This document shows positions 59,089 through 64,000 of a stretch of DNA of 64,000 nt, in pieces. Position 1 is the first letter of the stretch; each line of letters begins with the position of its first letter. Both the position numbers and the translations under genes were made by a program. Source of the DNA: an uncultured Gemmatimonadales bacterium (GTDB taxonomy: Bacteria > Gemmatimonadota > Gemmatimonadetes > Gemmatimonadales > GWC2-71-9); the NCBI GenBank assembly GCA_963825055.1, contig CAWGSK010000034.1, positions 64,001-128,000 on the forward strand. Direction: 5' to 3'. The notes below the pieces were generated by a model. The model was not told where the DNA came from and made no database searches. It saw only the letters and a program-made list of their open reading frames with translations.

Positions 59089-59214
59089 GTCATGCGGTCG
59101 CGGGACCGTGGGTTCGCCTCTGGACAGTCTGAGGGGCCTGTCCGCCTGCTGGCGATCCCGCGGTCCCGCTGGCAGTGCCTGCCGCGCCGTCCGGGCCGCG
59201 TGACCTGCAAGAAG

Positions 59215-59288
59215 TAGCGGGGGTGGGATTTGAACCCACGACCTCCGGGTTATGAGCCCGGCGAGCTACCAGACTGCTCCACCCCGCG
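59215..59288 (-). tRNA. Initiator tRNA-fMet (anticodon CAT)
   Basis: CGCGGGGTGGAGCAGTCTGGTAGCTCG CCGGG-CTCATAA-CCCGG...CCCCGCTA; unpaired C1:U72 and three G-C pairs in the anticodon stem. Confidence 0.95.
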
Positions 59289-59312
59289 CCGTTGTGCGTT
59301 GTCCCTGACGAG

Positions 59313-59385
59313 AGCGGGAAACGGGACTCGAACCCGCGACCCCAACCTTGGCAAGGTTGTGCTCTACCAACTGAGCTATTCCCGC
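59313..59385 (-). tRNA. tRNA-Gly (anticodon GCC)
   Basis: GCGGGAATAGCTCAGTTGGTAGAGCA CAACC-TTGCCAA-GGTTG GGGTCGCGGGTTCGAGTCCCGTTTCCCGCT. Confidence 0.95.
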
Positions 59386-59454
59386 AGCGGGACCAATTCT
59401 AGCGTGCCGGGCGCGACGACGCAACCGGCGCCACGGGCCCGACCACCCTCTAAA

Positions 59455-59527
59455 TGGAGGCGAGGGGAATCGAACCCCTGACCTCGTGAATGCCATTCAC
59501 GCGCTCTCCCAACTGAGCTACGCCCCC
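59455..59527 (-). tRNA. tRNA-Ala (anticodon GGC)
   Basis: GGGGGCGTAGCTCAGTTGGGAGAGCG CGTGA-ATGGCAT-TCACG...CGCCTCCA; G3:U70 and A32-U38 present. Confidence 0.95.
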
Positions 59528-59571
59528 ATTATATTTTTGCGCCAGGCACCCACGGTGCCGGGCAGCACGAG

Positions 59572-59601
59572 AAGCTAGTCACCGCACCAGAAACGTGTCA
59601 A
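59572..59601 (-). promoter_or_regulatory. Sigma-70 promoter of the tRNA operon
   Basis: Minus strand TTGACA-N18-TAGCTT about 45 nt upstream of tRNA-Ala. Confidence 0.6.
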
Positions 59602-59643
59602 GCCGCGCGGGGCGGCCGCAGCAGCCCCGGACGGTCACAGGAT

Positions 59644-60642
59644 GTGAAAGTGAACGAGAGATTGCCCCCCGAAACCACCCCGGAACCTGCCGACGCCCCG
59701 GACATGCCGGTTGAGGAGATGACGCTCGAGGAGATCCTCTCGGACCTCACCCCGGCGGCGCCGAAGAAAGGCCCTCGTCGCCGGGAAACGGCCCGGTCGC
59801 TTGGCGTCTATGACGCGGATCGGAACATCCTGGACCAGTATCTTCAGGAGGTGAGCCGGACGCCGCTCCTGACCCGGCCCCAGGAAATGGCGATTGCGCG
59901 CCTCGTGCGGGCGGGAGACGAGGATGCCATGCGGGAGCTGGTGAAGCGGAACCTTCGCTTCGTCATCTCGGTCGCCAAGAAATACCAGAACCGCGGCCTG
60001 CCGCTCACCGACCTGATCGGCGAGGGCAACGTCGGGCTGCTCACCGCGGCACGGAAGTTCGATCCGGACCAGGGAGTCAAGTTCATTTCGTATGCCGTCT
60101 GGTGGATCCGCCAGGCCATCCTCGCGTCGCTTGCCCGCCACGGCCGCACCGTGCGCGTCCCGCTCAACCGCACCGCGGACCTCTCACGCATCACCCGCAC
60201 GTCGGAAGCCCTGCGCCAGGAGCTCGGCCGGGAGCCCACGCCGCAGGAAATCGCGGACGTGGTGAAACTGTCGGTGGACATCGTCCAGTCACTCGCCGCG
60301 CTCAACACGAGCGACGTCCGGCTCGACGCCCCGCTCGATCCGGAGGGCGACCGCTCGATGATCGAGCGATTCGTCGCCGACGCCCAGGGCGACGCCGAGG
60401 ATGAGGCGATGGACCGGTTCCTGACGGACGAGATCAACCAGGCCCTGGCCACGCTCCCGCCCCGGGATGCCCGGGTGCTCCGCCTCTACTTCGGGCTCGA
60501 TGGCGGCAGGGAACACACCCTGGAGGAAATCGGGGGCATGCTCGGTGTGACCCGCGAGCGGGTCCGCCAGCTGCGCGACCGTGCCCTGAGCCGTCTCCGC
60601 GCCGGCGACGTCGGGCGGGCGCTGGCGAGTTTTGCGGCCTAG
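59644..60642 (+). CDS. RNA polymerase sigma-70 factor, RpoD/SigA family (short, no region 1.1)
   Basis: YLQEV...PLLT..QE, NLRFVISVAKKYQNRGL.L.DLI.EGNVGL..AA.KFDP..G.KFISYAVWWIRQAI, TLEEIG..LGVTRERVRQ. Confidence 0.93.
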   Translation: MKVNERLPPETTPEPADAPDMPVEEMTLEEILSDLTPAAPKKGPRRRETARSLGVYDADRNILDQYLQEVSRTPLLTRPQEMAIARLVRAGDEDAMRELVKRNLRFVISVAKKYQNRGLPLTDLIGEGNVGLLTAARKFDPDQGVKFISYAVWWIRQAILASLARHGRTVRVPLNRTADLSRITRTSEALRQELGREPTPQEIADVVKLSVDIVQSLAALNTSDVRLDAPLDPEGDRSMIERFVADAQGDAEDEAMDRFLTDEINQALATLPPRDARVLRLYFGLDGGREHTLEEIGGMLGVTRERVRQLRDRALSRLRAGDVGRALASFAA

Positions 60643-60648
60643 GAAGCG

Positions 60649-60748
60649 GGGATCGGCAGTCGGCAGTCGGGACGGCCGAATTGCCGATTGCCGATTACCG
60701 ATGGCCGATCTCAGTACTCTCTGCTCCCGACTCCCTATTCCCAGTTCG
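60649..60748. repeat. Degenerate 7-mer repeats in inverted arrangement between the sigma gene and mlaE
   Basis: GGGATCG GCAGTCG GCAGTCG, then CCGATTG CCGATTA CCGATGG CCGATCT ... CCCGACT CCCTATT CCCAGTT. Confidence 0.65.
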
Positions 60749-60772
60749 CCGCTCGTCCCGTAACTTATTCCC

Positions 60773-61534
60773 GTGAATCACGCTCTCGCCGCTCGCCCGG
60801 GCAGAGTGTCGGGCCTGGTGACGACCGTTGGTCGGGCCACGGTCGACACCACCCGGGCCGTGCTGGACGTCCGGACCTGGGGCCCGCTCCTGGCCACGCA
60901 GATGCGTCGCCTGGGGGTGGATTCCATCCCCATCGCGCTGTTCATCGCGGTGTTCACCGGGATCGTCCTCTCGCTGCTCGCCAGCTACATCTTCACCGGT
61001 GCCGTGCCGCTCTACTTCGTCGGCGCGCTGGTGGGGAAGACGATCATGATGGAACTGGGCCCCGTGCTGACCGGCCTCGCGCTGGCCGGACGGGTGGGCG
61101 CCAACATCGCCGCCGAAGTGGGCACGATGCGGGTGACCGAGCAAGTGGACGCGCTCGAGACCCTCGCCTACAACCCGCACAGTTACCTCGTGGTCCCCCG
61201 CGTCATCGCGGGCGCGGTGATGTTCCCCATCATCACCGCCTTCGCCATCGGGGCGGGCATCGTCGCCGGGTGGATCACCGCGGTGAACCTGCTGGACCTC
61301 TCCACGCCGGACTTCATCCACGGCCTCCGCATCTTCTACAACTTCAAGGACATCTGGTTCGGCCTGCTGAAGGCCTCCAGCTTCGGCCTCGCGGTGACGC
61401 TCATGGGGTGTATCCAGGGGCTCCGCACCATGCATGGCGCTGAGGGCGTGGGCCGGGCGACGACCCGTGCCGTGGTGCTGGGCTGCGAGGCCATCCTGGT
61501 CCTCGACGCCTTCTGGGCGGTGGCCCTGCTGTGA
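60773..61534 (+). CDS. mlaE: MlaE-family ABC permease
   Basis: ELGPVLTGLALAGRVGA.IAAEVGTMRVTEQVDALE, YLVVPR, GAEGVGRATTRAVV. Confidence 0.92.
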   Translation: MNHALAARPGRVSGLVTTVGRATVDTTRAVLDVRTWGPLLATQMRRLGVDSIPIALFIAVFTGIVLSLLASYIFTGAVPLYFVGALVGKTIMMELGPVLTGLALAGRVGANIAAEVGTMRVTEQVDALETLAYNPHSYLVVPRVIAGAVMFPIITAFAIGAGIVAGWITAVNLLDLSTPDFIHGLRIFYNFKDIWFGLLKASSFGLAVTLMGCIQGLRTMHGAEGVGRATTRAVVLGCEAILVLDAFWAVALL

Positions 61535-62298
61535 TCCGGTTCAGGGACGTCCACAAGGGGTTCGGGCCGAAGGTGGTGCTCGACGGCCTCGACCTCGAGA
61601 TCCCGGACGACGGAACCACGGTCATCCTGGGCTACTCGGGCTCGGGCAAGAGTGTCGCGCTCAAGCTGATTACCGGGCTGCTGGAACCCGATGCCGGCCA
61701 GGTGGAGGTGGACGGCGCGGTCGTGCACGACCTCGATCGCGACGACCTCATGGCTCTCCGGGAGACGATCGGGGTCGTGTTCCAGTTCGCGGCCCTCTTC
61801 GATTCCATGACGCTGGACGGCAACCTCCGCCTTGGCCTTGCCCGGCGCCGGCTGGATGACGACGAGATCGAGCGCCGTATCGTCGAGAGCCTGGCACTCG
61901 TGGACCTGGCCGACGCGCGCGAGCGCTATCCGGCCGAGCTCTCCGGCGGCATGCGCAAGCGCGCCGGCATCGCCCGGGCGATCGCGCTCAGGCCCCGCTA
62001 CATTCTGTATGACGAACCCACCACCGGCCTCGACCCGGTGACCGCCGCCGTGATCGACCTCCTCATGCGGCGCACCCAGGAGGAACTCGGCGTTACCGGC
62101 GTGATGGTGACGCACGACCTCCGGAGCGCGTTCACGGTCGGCACCCGGCTGGCCATGCTCTACGAAGGGCGCATCCGGGCAGCCGGCAGTGTCGAGGAGA
62201 TGCAGGCCAGCACGGATCCCGTGGTGCGGCAATTCCTGGAAGGACGGCCCGATGCCGTCCCGGGCAAGGAGGCGGCCATGCCGTCACGCGAGTCATGA
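61531..62298 (+). CDS. mlaF: MlaF-family ABC ATP-binding protein
   Basis: GYSGSGKS, FQFAALFDSMT, LSGGMRKR.GIARAI, YDEPTTGLDP, VTHD. Confidence 0.92.
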   Translation: MIRFRDVHKGFGPKVVLDGLDLEIPDDGTTVILGYSGSGKSVALKLITGLLEPDAGQVEVDGAVVHDLDRDDLMALRETIGVVFQFAALFDSMTLDGNLRLGLARRRLDDDEIERRIVESLALVDLADARERYPAELSGGMRKRAGIARAIALRPRYILYDEPTTGLDPVTAAVIDLLMRRTQEELGVTGVMVTHDLRSAFTVGTRLAMLYEGRIRAAGSVEEMQASTDPVVRQFLEGRPDAVPGKEAAMPSRES

Positions 62299-63302
62299 AG
62301 CGGGGCAATGAGTTCCTGGTCGGGCTGAGCGTGCTCGCCGCACTCGCGCTCGTCGTGGTGGCCGCGCTGTGGTTGAGCGAGACCAGCCTCGGCAAGGTGG
62401 ACGAACTCCACACCGCGCGGTTCCAGACCGTGGGGGGCCTGAGCGTCGGCGCGCCGGTCACGCTGCGCGGCGTACGCGTCGGGCGGGTGCAGACGATCCG
62501 GCTGACCGACGACGGCTGGGTCGAGGCCGACCTCAAGGTAGGTGCCGAACTCGAACTGCCGCCCCGGCCCGCCGTCATCGCCGCCAGCAGCAGCCTCTTC
62601 GGCGAGTGGGCCGCGTCCGTGGTCAGCATGGACCAGACGCAGGAGGATCCCGCGGTGGAGGCGATGCTGCGCGAGGCGGCACGCCCCGGAGGCCCCGCCT
62701 GGCCCGGCGCGACCCTGCCTGATGTCGGCCAGCTCACCGCGCAGGCCGGCCGGATCGCCGGGGACATTGCCCAGCTGGCAGACCGGGTCGGGAACGCCTT
62801 CGACACCTCCGCCGTGGAGGACCTCCGCGGCGCCATGCGCGACTTCGCTTCCATTGCGCGGCAGCTTCAGGGCTTCACCGAGAGCCAGTCCGCCCGGCTC
62901 GAGAAGATCACCGGCAACCTCGCGTCATCGAGCGACGCCTTCAGCGGCGCCTCGGTCAGCCTGCGCAACACCCTCGCCCGTGTCGACACCGCCACCGGCG
63001 AAGGGCAGCTCGCCGAGATCCTCAACTCCGGGCGCGATGCCACCGTTGACCTCCGGCAGGCCTCGGGCGACATCCGCGAAATCGTGGCCAGCATGCGCAC
63101 GCACGAAGCCAGCCTGATCCGCGTCCTCACGGCCGCGGACTCGCTCATCACCCGGATGCAGTCGGGCGAGGGCACCCTCGGCAAGCTGACCACCGACTCG
63201 ACCCTCTACCGCGAAACCACCGCGGCGGTCATCCAGCTGCGCGTGCTCCTCGAGGACATCAAGGCCAACCCGCGCCGCTACTTCACGTTCTCGGTCTTCT
63301 GA
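62295..63302 (+). CDS. mlaD: MlaD/MCE-domain protein
   Basis: EFLVG TM segment; GGLSVGAPVTLRGVRVGRV; helical tail GEGTLGKL..D..LY...DIKANPRRY. Confidence 0.9.
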   Translation: MKRGNEFLVGLSVLAALALVVVAALWLSETSLGKVDELHTARFQTVGGLSVGAPVTLRGVRVGRVQTIRLTDDGWVEADLKVGAELELPPRPAVIAASSSLFGEWAASVVSMDQTQEDPAVEAMLREAARPGGPAWPGATLPDVGQLTAQAGRIAGDIAQLADRVGNAFDTSAVEDLRGAMRDFASIARQLQGFTESQSARLEKITGNLASSSDAFSGASVSLRNTLARVDTATGEGQLAEILNSGRDATVDLRQASGDIREIVASMRTHEASLIRVLTAADSLITRMQSGEGTLGKLTTDSTLYRETTAAVIQLRVLLEDIKANPRRYFTFSVF

Positions 63303-63787
63303 TGACGAAACGCCGTACCCAGCGCGAGGTGAGCGCCGGCGGGATCGTGTTCCGCCGGGGCGAGGACGGGATTACCCGGTTCCTGCTCATCCGGGATTCC
63401 TATGACAACTGGGGGTTCCCCAAGGGGCACCTGGAGGAGGACGAGGCGCCGGTGGACGCCGCGAGGCGGGAAACCGCCGAGGAAACCGGGCTCACCGACC
63501 TGGTCGTGCACGGGCCGATCCGCATCATTGACTGGTACTTCCGGTTCCGGGGCCGGCGGATTCACAAGTACTGCCACTTCTTCCTGCTCGAGAGCCGCTC
63601 GGGCGAGCCTGTGCCCCAGGAGGACGAGGGGATCACGGCGTGCGAGTGGTATCCGTTCGAGGACGCACTGCGCGTGATGAGTTACGATAACGCGCGCGGG
63701 GTGCTGCGGCGGGCCGGGGAGATGGCGCGGACGCTCGTGGCGGTCGGCGCCGGACGTCCGCGGTACCCGGAGGACGCCCGCCGCTAG
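63302..63787 (+). CDS. NUDIX hydrolase (Ap4A hydrolase-like)
   Basis: SAGGIVFR, WGFPKGHLE.DE....AARRETAEETGL Nudix box. Confidence 0.92.
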   Translation: MTKRRTQREVSAGGIVFRRGEDGITRFLLIRDSYDNWGFPKGHLEEDEAPVDAARRETAEETGLTDLVVHGPIRIIDWYFRFRGRRIHKYCHFFLLESRSGEPVPQEDEGITACEWYPFEDALRVMSYDNARGVLRRAGEMARTLVAVGAGRPRYPEDARR

Positions 63788-63798
63788 CCGGCGCTGCC

Positions 63799-64000
63799 AT
63801 GGCCGCCGTCGCCGCCCTCCTCGACCGGCCCGCCCCGCTGACCGCACTCAGGCGCGCGCTGTCCCGCGCCGGCCTGCGCCTCGTTCCCTGCCGCAACACC
63901 GACGCCCTCGAGCGGATGCTGCACCAGCGCCTGGTCGAGGCGATCATCACCGACCCGCCGCCGCTGACCGGGCCGCTGGCGGCCCTGCTCGGACGTTTCC
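63799..64000 (+). CDS. Hypothetical protein, 3' truncated (receiver-like N-terminus possible)
   Basis: ATG 63799 opens MAAVAALLDRPAPLTALRRAL...LVEAIITDP, which runs to the window end. Confidence 0.55.
   Translation, partial: MAAVAALLDRPAPLTALRRALSRAGLRLVPCRNTDALERMLHQRLVEAIITDPPPLTGPLAALLGRF

Noticed and set aside
58773..59496. Short ORFs over the tRNA cluster and the N-terminal extension of ORF 47237-47881
   Set aside because: They are translations of tRNA genes

Overview
High-GC bacterial chromosomal DNA. Gene content and order suggest a Gemmatimonadota-like diderm (inference). The window holds mostly core and metabolic genes: acyl-CoA ligase end, NYN protein, mpg, kbl-tdh, formate dehydrogenase alpha, CDF, ArsR plus hydrolase, RlmI-like methyltransferase, thiE, mltG-ruvX-rho, site-2 protease, MATE, amidase, a sigma-70 factor, mlaEFD, NUDIX and seven tRNAs. 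Three uncharacterised multi-gene modules stand out. (i) An RDD-SpoIIM / DUF4129 / DUF4350 / MoxR / DUF58 membrane cluster. (ii) An ABC importer plus GHMP kinase, heparinase II/III-like protein, class III aminotransferase and three amidohydrolases, possibly an unknown amino-sugar or glycoconjugate pathway. (iii) A cusCBA-type efflux operon led by a Cys/His-rich, Pro-tailed leader ORF and a CsoR-like operator. Also present: a 55-aa ORF missing from the ORF track behind a sigma-54/IHF-like promoter, a stand-alone HisKA peptide, an Omp85 barrel with a kinase-like passenger, and recurring 7-mer and 9-mer tandem repeats in intergenic DNA. About 45.4-51.2 kb looks like low-quality long-read consensus (garbled sequence, poly-T/poly-A, many indels in cusA). 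No CRISPR array, transposase or integrase was seen.
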